Below, in pieces: positions 34,102 to 42,813 of a DNA stretch of 46,068 nt. Below the pieces are notes generated by a model, which saw only the letters and a program-made list of their open reading frames with translations, did not search any database and was not told the DNA's origin. The first letter of the stretch is position 1. Each line of letters opens with the position of its first letter. Origin of the DNA: an uncultured Myxococcaceae bacterium. GTDB lineage: Bacteria; Myxococcota; Myxococcia; Myxococcales; Myxococcaceae. A program made the position numbers and the translations under genes. Where the stretch lies: positions 1 through 46,068 of the forward strand of contig CAZQVZ010000001.1 in the NCBI GenBank assembly GCA_964596895.1, in the 5' to 3' direction.

Positions 34102-35373
34102 CTAGCGCATCTTCAGGGTCTCGCGCACTGCGTCTGCCGCGGCATCGCCCATCGCCGTCTGGCCTGCCCGAGACGGATGGATGCCGTCGTAGCCGTAGCC
34201 GTCCCGGAAGCGGTTCACGTCCCCGGGCCGCGCGGTGGCCGCCTCAAAGTCCACCACCCGCGCCACGTGGGGCGGACGCGCCCGCAGCCACGCGTTCACC
34301 TGCGCGCGCCGCGCGTGCACCACCGACAGGTCGAAGCCATCCGCGCGCTCCCGGGGGACGAGCGTCCCTGCCCAGACCTCGCACTTCTCGTGGAGCCCGT
34401 CGAACAGCAGGCCCAGCCGCCGGATGAGCTCCGGCCCTTCGATGGCCGCGAGGTCATTGGTCCCGAGCATCACCAGGCAGTGCGTGATGCCGGGCACCCA
34501 ATGAAGCTCCGCCTCGCGCAGTTCGTTGGCCTGGTAGACGCCCTGTCCGCTGACCGCGCCGTTGACCACGGGGACCTGCGCCTGCACCGCGGCCAGGTGT
34601 GGCCAGGCGTGGCGCACGTCGTCGTCGCCGGAGACGTAGCCCTCGGTGATGCTGTCCCCCACCGCGAGGAACACCGGCGCTTCGTCCGCCTCCACCAGCA
34701 CCGCGGTGAGGCCCCACAGCCGCTCCTGCGGCGCCGCCCCCACCAGGTGGGTGTGCCACGCCTGTCCCTCCGGGGCGATGAAGGAGCCCGGGAAGGCGTC
34801 GATGAGGCTCGCCCGCACGCCGCCGTCCACGTCCAGGGAGATGACGAGGTCCTCCGGCGCGTCCACCTCGAAGCTCAGCGGATCGCTCGCGACCCGCTGC
34901 AACGAGGGCACCGTGACCTGTGGCTGGTCCGCGAAGCGAAGCTGCCGCGCCTTGCCGTCGAGGCTGCCGTTGCCGCCGTCCCGCCCCACCGTCGCCTGGT
35001 GGATGACCAAAGACGAATTGCCCGCCGCGACGACGATCTGGATGCGCTCACCGCTGCGGGTGACGGGGATGCGGTAGCGCAAGGTCACCCGGCCGTGGGT
35101 CTTCCGCGACGCGCGCAGGTTCTGGAAGAAGCCGGGCTGGAAGGCGCGCACCACCGGTTGGGGCTCCGGGTCAGGCTCTGGGTCTGGGTCTGGGGGGGGG
35201 GGCGTTGGCTCTTCTGGGGTCGGCGGCTCTTCGGGGCCCGGCCCCTGGGGAAACTGCTCCGCGACGGGAGGCGAGCCCGACACGGGATCCACCCGTCCCG
35301 GCCACTCCGCCTCGCCGCCGCAGCCGAACCCGCACAGCACCGGCAGGACCCACGCCCACGCCCGTCGCCCCAT
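34102..35373 (-). CDS. SGNH/GDSL-family hydrolase lipoprotein with a Pro/Glu/Asp-rich linker
   Basis: ATG 35373 with GGGGGGAG upstream (alternative ATG at 35400). MGRRAWAWVLPVLCGFGC. Block I AVGDSITEG, block III MLGTNDL, block V YDGIHPS. Confidence 0.8.
   Translation of the reverse strand: MGRRAWAWVLPVLCGFGCGGEAEWPGRVDPVSGSPPVAEQFPQGPGPEEPPTPEEPTPPPPDPDPEPDPEPQPVVRAFQPGFFQNLRASRKTHGRVTLRYRIPVTRSGERIQIVVAAGNSSLVIHQATVGRDGGNGSLDGKARQLRFADQPQVTVPSLQRVASDPLSFEVDAPEDLVISLDVDGGVRASLIDAFPGSFIAPEGQAWHTHLVGAAPQERLWGLTAVLVEADEAPVFLAVGDSITEGYVSGDDDVRHAWPHLAAVQAQVPVVNGAVSGQGVYQANELREAELHWVPGITHCLVMLGTNDLAAIEGPELIRRLGLLFDGLHEKCEVWAGTLVPRERADGFDLSVVHARRAQVNAWLRARPPHVARVVDFEAATARPGDVNRFRDGYGYDGIHPSRAGQTAMGDAAADAVRETLKMR
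35192..35202. repeat. G11/C11 homopolymer inside the SGNH hydrolase coding sequence (encodes PPPP), adjacent to a (GGGTCT)3 microsatellite
   Basis: Read directly. The plus strand is t-ggggggggggg-c. On the coding strand it is acg ccc ccc ccc cca gac cca gac cca gag. Confidence 0.9.
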
Positions 35374-35506
35374 TGCCGACTCCCCCCGGTGCCGCGACAT
35401 CCGGCCGCAAAGCTAGGCACCGCGCGGCCGGAGGGAAGTGGTGCAGTCGACGGGTGGACAGCAAAGCTCTGGCGAGGCGCGTCACGCGTGCTAAGGCCGC
35501 TCCCCT

Positions 35507-35791
35507 ATGTCGGACGCGAAGGCCCTCTCCGAGCGCGCGCGCCAGCTCGTCGGCGAAGGCGCACTCCTCCTCGACGTGCGCACCCCTGAAGAGTTTCGGC
35601 AGGGGCACCTCGACGGCGCGGTGAACATTCCGGTGCAGGAGCTCGCACGCAGGCTCGCGGAGCTCGAGCCGAAGGCGCGCCCCCTGGTCGTCTATTGCGC
35701 GGCGGGCATGCGCGCGCAGTCGGCGGTGGAGCTGCTGGTCCGCCAGGGCTTCGAGAAGGTCCTCTGCCTGGGCGGGATGAGCGCCTGGTGA
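35507..35791 (+). CDS. Single-domain rhodanese-like sulfurtransferase
   Basis: LLLDVRTPEEFRQGHLDGAVNIP ... PLVVYCAAGMRAQ (active-site CxxGxR loop). Confidence 0.85.
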   Translation: MSDAKALSERARQLVGEGALLLDVRTPEEFRQGHLDGAVNIPVQELARRLAELEPKARPLVVYCAAGMRAQSAVELLVRQGFEKVLCLGGMSAW

Positions 35792-35826
35792 AGCAATCAA
35801 TCAAAGATGAAGTGGAAGGAGCAGAC

Positions 35827-37206
35827 ATGAGAGCCGTATCCCTGATCCTCTGCCTGATGGCCCCCCTGGCCTTCGCGCAGGCCCCGGCCTCCGCGTCCCT
35901 GAAGGTGGAGCATGAGAAGTACCAGCTCGACAACGGGCTGGAGGTCATCCTCCACGTCGACAAGCGGCTGCCGGTGGTGGCGGTCAACGTCTGGTACCAC
36001 GTGGGCGCGTTCCACGAGCCCGAGGGCCGCAGCGGCTTCGCGCACCTGTTCGAACACATGATGTTCCAGGGCTCGGCGCACGTCGGAGACGACCAGCACA
36101 TCGGCATGCTGGAGCGGCTCGGCGCCACCGACCTCAACGGCACCACCAACTTCTACCGGACGAACTACTTCCAGAGCGTCCCCACGAACCACCTGGAGAC
36201 GGCGCTGTGGCTGGAGAGCGACCGGATGGGCTTCCTCCTCCCTGCGCTCACCGGGGAGAAGCTGAAGACGCAGCAGGAGGTGGTGAAGAACGAGCGGCGC
36301 CAGCGCATCGAGACCGCGCCGTACGGCTTCGCGCAGGAGAAGCTCTGGCAGACGATGTTCCCCCAGCGGCACCCGTACCATGGCCGGGTCATCGGCTCGA
36401 TGGCGGACCTCGAGGCAGCCACCGTCAAGGACGTGAGCGACTTCTTCACCACCTGGTACGCGCCCTCCAACGCCACGCTCGCCATCGCCGGGGACATCGA
36501 CCCTGCGCAGGTGAAGCCGCTGGTGGAGAAGTACTTCGGCTCCCTCCCCGGCGCGCCTGAGCCGAAGGCGCCGGAGGTCGCGGACGCGAAGCTGGAGAAG
36601 GAGACGGTGCTCTCGCACGACGAGCAGATCGCCACGCTGCCTGGCCTCTTCATGGCCTGGCACACCCCGGCGCTGTTCGAGGAGGGGGACGCCGCCAGCG
36701 ACGTGCTCTCCTCCGTCCTCTCCGAAGGCAAGGCGAGCCGGCTGCACAGAAGGCTCGTCCGCGAGAAGCGCATCGCCCAGTCGGTGAGCGCGTTCCAGTG
36801 GAGCATCCAGGGCCAGAGCGTGTTCATGGTGGAGGCCATCGCCGCGCCGGGGCACGACGTGCAGGCGCTGCAGGCGGAGATCGACGCGGTGCTGAACGAG
36901 GTGCGCGAGAAGGGCGTGACCGAAGAGGAGGTCCGCCGCGCGCGCAACCGCATCGAGACCGACTTCGTGGCCGGCCTGCAGTCGGTGGGCGGGATGAGCG
37001 GCAAGGCGGACCGGATGCAGCTGTACAACCACTTCTTCGGTGAGCCGGATGGCTTCGGGCGGGACCTCGCACGCTACGAGGCGGTGACCCCCCAGGCGGT
37101 GCAGGCGTTCGCGAAGACGTACCTCACCCCGGAGCGCCGCGCGGTGATGCGCGCAGTGCCGGCCGGTGGTGCGCAGGCCGAGCAGGCCCAGAAGGAGATC
37201 AAGTGA
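35827..37206 (+). CDS. M16-family (pitrilysin-type) zinc peptidase, active subunit
   Basis: ATG 35827 with GGAAGGAG upstream. Signal MRAVSLILCLMAPLAFA. Inverted zinc motif GFAHLFEHMMFQG (HxxEH) and downstream ...NGTTN...T.Y. Confidence 0.9.
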   Translation: MRAVSLILCLMAPLAFAQAPASASLKVEHEKYQLDNGLEVILHVDKRLPVVAVNVWYHVGAFHEPEGRSGFAHLFEHMMFQGSAHVGDDQHIGMLERLGATDLNGTTNFYRTNYFQSVPTNHLETALWLESDRMGFLLPALTGEKLKTQQEVVKNERRQRIETAPYGFAQEKLWQTMFPQRHPYHGRVIGSMADLEAATVKDVSDFFTTWYAPSNATLAIAGDIDPAQVKPLVEKYFGSLPGAPEPKAPEVADAKLEKETVLSHDEQIATLPGLFMAWHTPALFEEGDAASDVLSSVLSEGKASRLHRRLVREKRIAQSVSAFQWSIQGQSVFMVEAIAAPGHDVQALQAEIDAVLNEVREKGVTEEEVRRARNRIETDFVAGLQSVGGMSGKADRMQLYNHFFGEPDGFGRDLARYEAVTPQAVQAFAKTYLTPERRAVMRAVPAGGAQAEQAQKEIK

Positions 37207-38795
37207 TGCGCGCGCAGACTCTCTTCATGTCCACGCTCCTGGCCGCGGCGCTCCTCTTCGCCGCCGGCTGCAAGACCACGCCCGAGCCGCGCGAGGACGC
37301 GTCCGCTGACGACCAGGCCGGCGCCAGCGCGCCGGGTGAACTGCCGCAGGTCCCCGAAGGGGAGGCCTGGCGGCAGCAGCTGCCGAAGCCCGGCGAGGCG
37401 CCGGAGCTGGTCATCCCCACCTTCGAGCGGACCACCCTGGGGAACGGGCTCACCCTCATCGTCAGCCAGCGGCGGGACTTGCCCTTGGTGTCCATGGTGG
37501 TGGCGCTCGCGAGCGGCGCGGCGCAGGACCCGGACGGCAAGGCAGGCCTCGCGGAGCTGACCCACCGGACGCTGCTGGAGGGTGCCGGCAAGCGGGACGC
37601 CATCGCGCTCGAAGAGGCGTTCGCGGAGCTGGGCGGCACGCCCTTCGTGGGCACCCAGTATGACGGCGCGGTGCTCGGCACCCGGGTGCTGCGTCGCAAC
37701 GCGCAGGACGCGCTGGCGCTACTCGCGGACGTGGTGCTGCGGCCCACCTTGAAGCCCGAGGACTTCGAGAGGAAGAAGTCGGAGCACCTGAACACGCTCG
37801 CGCGTCAGATTGGGACGCCCGGCTACCTCGCGCAGTGGGCCTTCGCGAACGTGCTCTACGGGGCGAAGCATCCGTATGGGCAGCTCGTGGGCGGCACCCC
37901 GGACTCGGTGCAGGGGCTCACCGGCAAGGACGCGCAGGCGTTCTGGAAGAAGCACGCAGGCCCGCGCGCCGCGGCGCTGGTGGTGACCGGTGATGTGACG
38001 CTGGAAGAGGCGAAGGCCTGGGCGGAGAAGACCTTCGGAGGGTGGAAGAGCGCCGCGGTGCGGCCGCCCAGGCCGCCGGAATTGCCCGTGGCGACGGGGA
38101 CCCAGGTGGTGTTGGTGCCCAAGCCGGGGCTGGTGCAGACGGTGGTGGCCATGGGGCGCCCCTCCATCGAAGCGGGGCACCCGGACGAGGCCGCGCTGGA
38201 ATTGGCTACCACCGTGTTCGGCGGGATGTTCGGCTCGCGGCTGAACATGAACCTGCGCGAGGCGAAGGGCTACACCTACGGCGCCTCCTCCTACGTGAGC
38301 ACGCGCCGCGGTGAAGGTCCCCTGGTGGCGTCGTCTTCGGTGCGGGCGGACGTGACGGGGCCCGCGGTGCAGGAGTTCCTGAACGAGCTGCGCGGGCTGC
38401 AGGAGCGCCCCATCACCGAGGCGGAGCTCACCGACGCGCGGGTGGGGCTCATCCAGTCTTTGCCCGGGAGCTTCAAGACGGTGGACGCGCTGGCGCAGGC
38501 CGCGGCCGGCATCTGGCTGTCGGAGAAGGACCTCGACCATTACCGGAAGCTCGTGGAGCGGCTGGAGGCCGCCACCCCCGCGCAGGTGCAGGCCGCCGCG
38601 GAGCAGTACTTCGCGCCGAAGACCCTGAACCTGGTCCTGGTCGGTGACCCCGAGGTGGTCCGCAAGCAGCTCGAGCCGCTGGGGCTCGGCGAGCTCCAGG
38701 TGCGCCCCCCGCCGGAGGTGCCGAAGGGTGCCGCGCCCGCTGGCAAGCCCGCCGCGAAGCCGGCGCCGGGCGGCTCCACGTCCAGCGCGCCGTAG
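37203..38795 (+). CDS. M16-family peptidase-like lipoprotein lacking HxxEH (probable non-catalytic partner subunit)
   Basis: The start overlaps the upstream stop (GTGATG). MMRAQTLFMSTLLAAALLFAAGC. M16 fold signatures are GLAELTHRTLLEGAG and ...NLREAKGYTYGASS..., but there is no HxxEH. Confidence 0.85.
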   Translation: MMRAQTLFMSTLLAAALLFAAGCKTTPEPREDASADDQAGASAPGELPQVPEGEAWRQQLPKPGEAPELVIPTFERTTLGNGLTLIVSQRRDLPLVSMVVALASGAAQDPDGKAGLAELTHRTLLEGAGKRDAIALEEAFAELGGTPFVGTQYDGAVLGTRVLRRNAQDALALLADVVLRPTLKPEDFERKKSEHLNTLARQIGTPGYLAQWAFANVLYGAKHPYGQLVGGTPDSVQGLTGKDAQAFWKKHAGPRAAALVVTGDVTLEEAKAWAEKTFGGWKSAAVRPPRPPELPVATGTQVVLVPKPGLVQTVVAMGRPSIEAGHPDEAALELATTVFGGMFGSRLNMNLREAKGYTYGASSYVSTRRGEGPLVASSSVRADVTGPAVQEFLNELRGLQERPITEAELTDARVGLIQSLPGSFKTVDALAQAAAGIWLSEKDLDHYRKLVERLEAATPAQVQAAAEQYFAPKTLNLVLVGDPEVVRKQLEPLGLGELQVRPPPEVPKGAAPAGKPAAKPAPGGSTSSAP

Positions 38796-39299
38796 GTGCG
38801 GGCCGCCGCTCTCCCGCGCCTGAGGGCGGCGGCGGTGAGAGCGGGCGTCCCGCGGCAGGCTCTCACTTCTCTTCATCCCCGGCTGCGTCGCCACGGGGCG
38901 TGCCGAAGGGGTTACCGCCAGGAGCAGCGTAACGTCCGGTACATCGTCCATGACGTCACGCGCTCGATCACCTTCTACACCTCGCACCTCGGCTTCACCC
39001 TGGAGGCACATCCGGCCCCGGGGTTTGCCATCGTCTCGCGGGGGGCGCTCAAGCTCTTCTTGAACCAACCCGGCACCGGCGGGACCGGGCAATCAATGCC
39101 GGACGGACGCGCGCCCGAGCCCGGCGGCTGGAACCGCATCCAGCTCCGGACGACAGACCTGGACGGCCTGGTGGAGGCGCTGCGAGCGGCCGGCGCCCGA
39201 TTCCGCATCGACATCGTGCAGGGAAATGGCGGCCGGCAGATTCTCCTCGAGGACCCCTCCGGCAACCCCATCGAGCTCCTGGAGCCGGTGGCGCGTTAG
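38796..39299 (+). CDS. VOC-family (glyoxalase/bleomycin-resistance/dioxygenase fold) protein. Start codon uncertain
   Basis: From about 38934 the frame reads VRYIVHDVTRSITFYTSHLGFTLE......FAIVSRG.LKLFLN.........GW.RIQL.T.DLD.LV..L...G..F.......G..GRQILLEDPSGNPIELLEP. The only in-frame ATG/GTG/TTG codons upstream are GTG 38796 and 38835, and the translation between them and the domain looks non-protein-like. Confidence 0.7.
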   Translation: MRAAALPRLRAAAVRAGVPRQALTSLHPRLRRHGACRRGYRQEQRNVRYIVHDVTRSITFYTSHLGFTLEAHPAPGFAIVSRGALKLFLNQPGTGGTGQSMPDGRAPEPGGWNRIQLRTTDLDGLVEALRAAGARFRIDIVQGNGGRQILLEDPSGNPIELLEPVAR

Positions 39300-39335
39300 C
39301 CGGCACCGCCGCAATCGGCGGAGCGAACATGGCCA

Positions 39336-40160
39336 TCAGGAGAGCTGCTGGTAGGCCGTTCCGAGCAACTGCACCGCGGCGCGGAGCGCCTGGGCTGCCG
39401 CCTCTGCCGTCTTGCGCCCGAGAAAGGGTATGGCCACCTCGCAACCGAGCTGGGCGTCGCCCGGAACGTCGGCAGGGACGAAGCGGCCCACCGGCGCCCA
39501 TCGCTGCAGCCGGTCGATGAAGCCGGCCGGCAGACGCGCGCGAAAGAGGCGTGGGTCGCCTTGGAGATGCGCGGCCACCCGCAGCCATCCGATGCCCAGG
39601 TGATAGACGTGGAAGTGCCCAACCACCCCCAGTCCGGGCAGCGGCATGTCGAACGCGCCATGACGGGCCGGGAGGCCGAGCGCTGCGAGCGCGGGGTCCA
39701 GTGAAACGCCGTCCGGGGCCCCCGGAAGCACCGGCGCCTGTCGGGAGTTGCCCGTGGGTCTACCCTGAACGTCCTCGGCGCAGGCCGCAAGGTGGGACAG
39801 CAGCGCGAGCAGGTTGCCTTCCCCGAGCACTGCGCCTTCCATGGGCAACGCCAAGGTCAGCTCGAGCTGCTGCCCGGGAGCATCGCCGGAGTACAGGCGG
39901 GCCGCGGGCAGCGGCGCCTGCTTGAGAAGACAGTCGGACGTCCCCAGGGTCTTGCCTGGGCCCAGCGGGTCAGAGACGGTCAGCCGCAGCGCGTTCGCCT
40001 CCAGCAGGGCGGTGTAGGCCGCGGGTGTCCGCCCCGGACCCGGTGACCACCGAAAGCCTGCGTAGAGCGTTCCTCTCGCCGAGGCCCGGACGTCGTACTT
40101 GAAGCCGCTGGCATCCAGGGCTTCGAACAACGGCGCGCTCGCCACGTCACTGGGTTTCAT
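39336..40160 (-). CDS. Hypothetical cytoplasmic protein, candidate immunity or chaperone partner of the upstream nuclease-domain protein
   Basis: ATG 40160 has a GGAG/GAGG-rich upstream sequence and overlaps the 3' end of the 860-aa gene by 14 nt. No signal peptide or TM helix. It looks like two similar halves. I recognise no catalytic motif. Confidence 0.6.
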   Translation of the reverse strand: MKPSDVASAPLFEALDASGFKYDVRASARGTLYAGFRWSPGPGRTPAAYTALLEANALRLTVSDPLGPGKTLGTSDCLLKQAPLPAARLYSGDAPGQQLELTLALPMEGAVLGEGNLLALLSHLAACAEDVQGRPTGNSRQAPVLPGAPDGVSLDPALAALGLPARHGAFDMPLPGLGVVGHFHVYHLGIGWLRVAAHLQGDPRLFRARLPAGFIDRLQRWAPVGRFVPADVPGDAQLGCEVAIPFLGRKTAEAAAQALRAAVQLLGTAYQQLS

Positions 40161-42729
40161 GTTCGCCTCGCTCTCCGGTGATGAAGGCGCCGGCCGGCCC
40201 CATGAACGTGCCCGGCGGTTTGACGGCGCCGTCCGGCCGCAGCATCACTCCGGGAATCTCACTGAGCGGGATGCTGTACTGAGGCAGCTGCGATTGGGTT
40301 CGGGTGTTGAGGGCAGGATCGTTCGGGATGCGCCAGGCGGCCACCGGCTCGCCGGCCGCGTTGGTCTCCACGAAGATGAACGCCCTCGGGATGGGCGTCT
40401 GGTTGGCGGTCTGCGAAGGTGTGCCCTCGTAGAGCGGTAGCTCCCGGTACCCGCCGCCGCGGCTGCGAATCGCCCGCACCAGATGGTTCCGGAGGAAGCT
40501 GTTCCAGAACCTCGCCTGCGGTGTGAAGTTGGACACGTCGGCGTTCGAGCTGCGGACGCCGGGCCCCTCCAGGCGGTCCACGTAGTCGATTCCGTGTCCC
40601 TTCTCGAAGAGCCGCCCCGTTCCATCCTCGAGGTAGGGGTTCTGGTCCCCCACGCCTCGGAGCTCCGGAGGGAGCCGGTTCTCTCCGCCCTGGTACGTAT
40701 CGTTCGGAGGACGGGTCATCGCTTCGCTCTGGAGGACGCGGTCTCCGGAGCGGACGTTGAAATTTATCTTCCCCTGGCCATCCGAGAAGATGCTGATTTC
40801 GAGCGGAACCTCGGGCGCGGTCGGCTCGCGGAAGACGGACCACTCCGGTCCCTGGCGGACCCAGTAGTGCCCTTCCGGCAGAACCGGAAGGCGCTCCGCC
40901 GGGAGCGCGTGGAAGTCGGCGAGGTTGCCGCGCACCTCTGGCGCGACCGAACGTCCACCGGGGCTGCCGCGCATCCCGCGCACCATGAGGATGATGCCGA
41001 CGAGCTGCAGGACGCCCGTGGTGCCGACCTCCCACTGCCCCTCCTCAGAGAGACCCAGCGGCGCGCCCGTCAGCAGCGACTCGTTGCGGCTTCCTTCAAT
41101 GATTCCGGAGATGCCGAGCGTGTCCAACGCGGCGACCATCGGGACCAGCATCAGCCGCCAGCGGTTGTCGGAGCGCCACGCTTCCACGAGGCGGGAACCG
41201 AAACTCATGACGTAGCCCGCCGCCAGCGCCACGGCGCCGACGACTAGCATCGCGGCGCCGAAGGCGATGGCGCCCTTCGCTGCGAGGACAATCAGCCCGG
41301 CCGCGGCGGCCATGACCAGGAGCGCGGCGCCGAACTTCGCCACAGACGTCATGACGCCTCTGGCCCACGGCGGCAGCTCGTTCCACCACCCGGAGATTGC
41401 GTCCGTCGCAGCATCTTCAAGCTCGATGAACGGTGTAAGGACACCACCGAGGAGCCGGGCCAGCGATGCCGTCAGCCCATCCAGCCAGCCAGGACGGGCG
41501 TCGGCGTCCGCCCTGTCCCGTTGCTGTGCGAGCCACGCAGCATCGGCAGAAAGCAAATAGCGCCGCAGGCTGTCGTACTGGTCGCCGGCGCTCAGGCGGG
41601 GGTCAAGGAACGCTGCGGATTCGGCGCTGCCCAGGAATGAGAGCCCGCCGGACCGCCCAAGGTTCGCCGCGGCGCCCCGGGCCTGCAGCGACAGAGACTC
41701 CCCTGCCGCCGCGTATTGGGCGAAGTACCCGGTGACAGGACCGCTGCCCTGGATCGAAGCGGTGACGTAGCCTGAATCCCCCCTCAGGTTGAGAAGCGCC
41801 TCGAAGGAGGGTTCCTCGCCGCCCAGCGCGCCCAGTTGGGCGGCCATGGTCCGGTCGCTGAAGAACACGCGCCCGTCAATTTCGACGGTGACGCTCCTCC
41901 CGTTCGCGTCGGTGTAGGAGACGGTCCGCGAATAGCGCAGCGTATAGGGGTAGGCGGGGCGGTCATCGACAGGACCGAGCCCGTACTCGGGATTCAGCTG
42001 GACGGTTGGAGGCCCCACCACGCCGACGCGCCTATCCGGTTGGTGGTCGAGGACGACGTGCGAATCACTCAGGATTTGCCCCCCATCGCCGGAGGCGGCG
42101 ACGGAGATGTCGTAGCTGGCCCGGGCTCCACCGTCGGCGTCCTGGCTCGCGCCGAACGAAAGGCGGCTCGAGCTCTCCGGGTGGGTCAGCCCCACCCGCT
42201 GCAGCCCTTGCACCTCCCTGTCGCTCTGGGATTGCAGGTCGGGAAACCACTGCTCCGGCCCATAGGCGAGCACCATCCCGCGAGGCGCCGACACCCGGGG
42301 ACGGTGCGGCAGTCCCGCCAGGATGCGGGCGGCGCCGTGGTCGGCGTCGTGTTCGAGCTGCTGCCGTGAGCCCGGCGGCGCATCTGCCCGGAACTGTGAG
42401 CGGTGCGCGGCTTCGTGGGCCAGGATGACGTCGCGGTCCAGACGGGTATGGACCCTGCTGGACAGCGTCGTTCTGCCATCCCGGGTCGTTGCCAGCGGCG
42501 ACGAAGAAGGCGCCCTTCGCCGCTGCGACCGGACTGTCTCGAACGAATGGAGAGCATGCGCTTGCGAGCGCGCGTCCGGAACCGCCGTGCGCGACGAGGT
42601 GTCAGGCGTCTCCTTCGAGTCGGCCGAGGACTTCCTGTGTGAAGGGGCAGCGAAGGGCATATCGGCACACGGTGGCTCTTCCGGCTTCAGGGCAGTCGAA
42701 CCGAAGGGCCGAGCCCGGAAACCCCGCAC
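40147..42729 (-). CDS. Polymorphic-toxin-like protein with an N-terminal DUF4157-like HExxH segment, a central TM-helix cluster and a C-terminal His-Me-finger (DNA/RNA non-specific endonuclease-like) domain
   Basis: SRVHT...VILAHEAAHRSQ (HEAAH at 42403-42417). Three or four TM helices (VMTSVAKFGAALLVMAAAAGLIVLAA..AIAFGAAMLVVGAVALAAGYV.., LMLVPMVAALDTLGISGII, TTGVLQLVGIILMV). C-terminus has LFEKGHGIDY...SNFTPQARFWNSFLRNHL (His codon at 40594-40596), comparable to Serratia-nuclease DRGH...SNITPQ...N..W..LE. Start is uncertain (GTG 42729 or ATG 42660). Confidence 0.7.
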   Translation of the reverse strand: MRGFRARPFGSTALKPEEPPCADMPFAAPSHRKSSADSKETPDTSSRTAVPDARSQAHALHSFETVRSQRRRAPSSSPLATTRDGRTTLSSRVHTRLDRDVILAHEAAHRSQFRADAPPGSRQQLEHDADHGAARILAGLPHRPRVSAPRGMVLAYGPEQWFPDLQSQSDREVQGLQRVGLTHPESSSRLSFGASQDADGGARASYDISVAASGDGGQILSDSHVVLDHQPDRRVGVVGPPTVQLNPEYGLGPVDDRPAYPYTLRYSRTVSYTDANGRSVTVEIDGRVFFSDRTMAAQLGALGGEEPSFEALLNLRGDSGYVTASIQGSGPVTGYFAQYAAAGESLSLQARGAAANLGRSGGLSFLGSAESAAFLDPRLSAGDQYDSLRRYLLSADAAWLAQQRDRADADARPGWLDGLTASLARLLGGVLTPFIELEDAATDAISGWWNELPPWARGVMTSVAKFGAALLVMAAAAGLIVLAAKGAIAFGAAMLVVGAVALAAGYVMSFGSRLVEAWRSDNRWRLMLVPMVAALDTLGISGIIEGSRNESLLTGAPLGLSEEGQWEVGTTGVLQLVGIILMVRGMRGSPGGRSVAPEVRGNLADFHALPAERLPVLPEGHYWVRQGPEWSVFREPTAPEVPLEISIFSDGQGKINFNVRSGDRVLQSEAMTRPPNDTYQGGENRLPPELRGVGDQNPYLEDGTGRLFEKGHGIDYVDRLEGPGVRSSNADVSNFTPQARFWNSFLRNHLVRAIRSRGGGYRELPLYEGTPSQTANQTPIPRAFIFVETNAAGEPVAAWRIPNDPALNTRTQSQLPQYSIPLSEIPGVMLRPDGAVKPPGTFMGPAGAFITGERGEHETQ

Positions 42730-42813
42730 ATTCTACGAACCGCACGCACTCTACCCGAGGCGGCCCTTGCTGCGAGTGCGTCGCACATTGCATCCGAGCT
42801 GCGCGTCGTGCGC

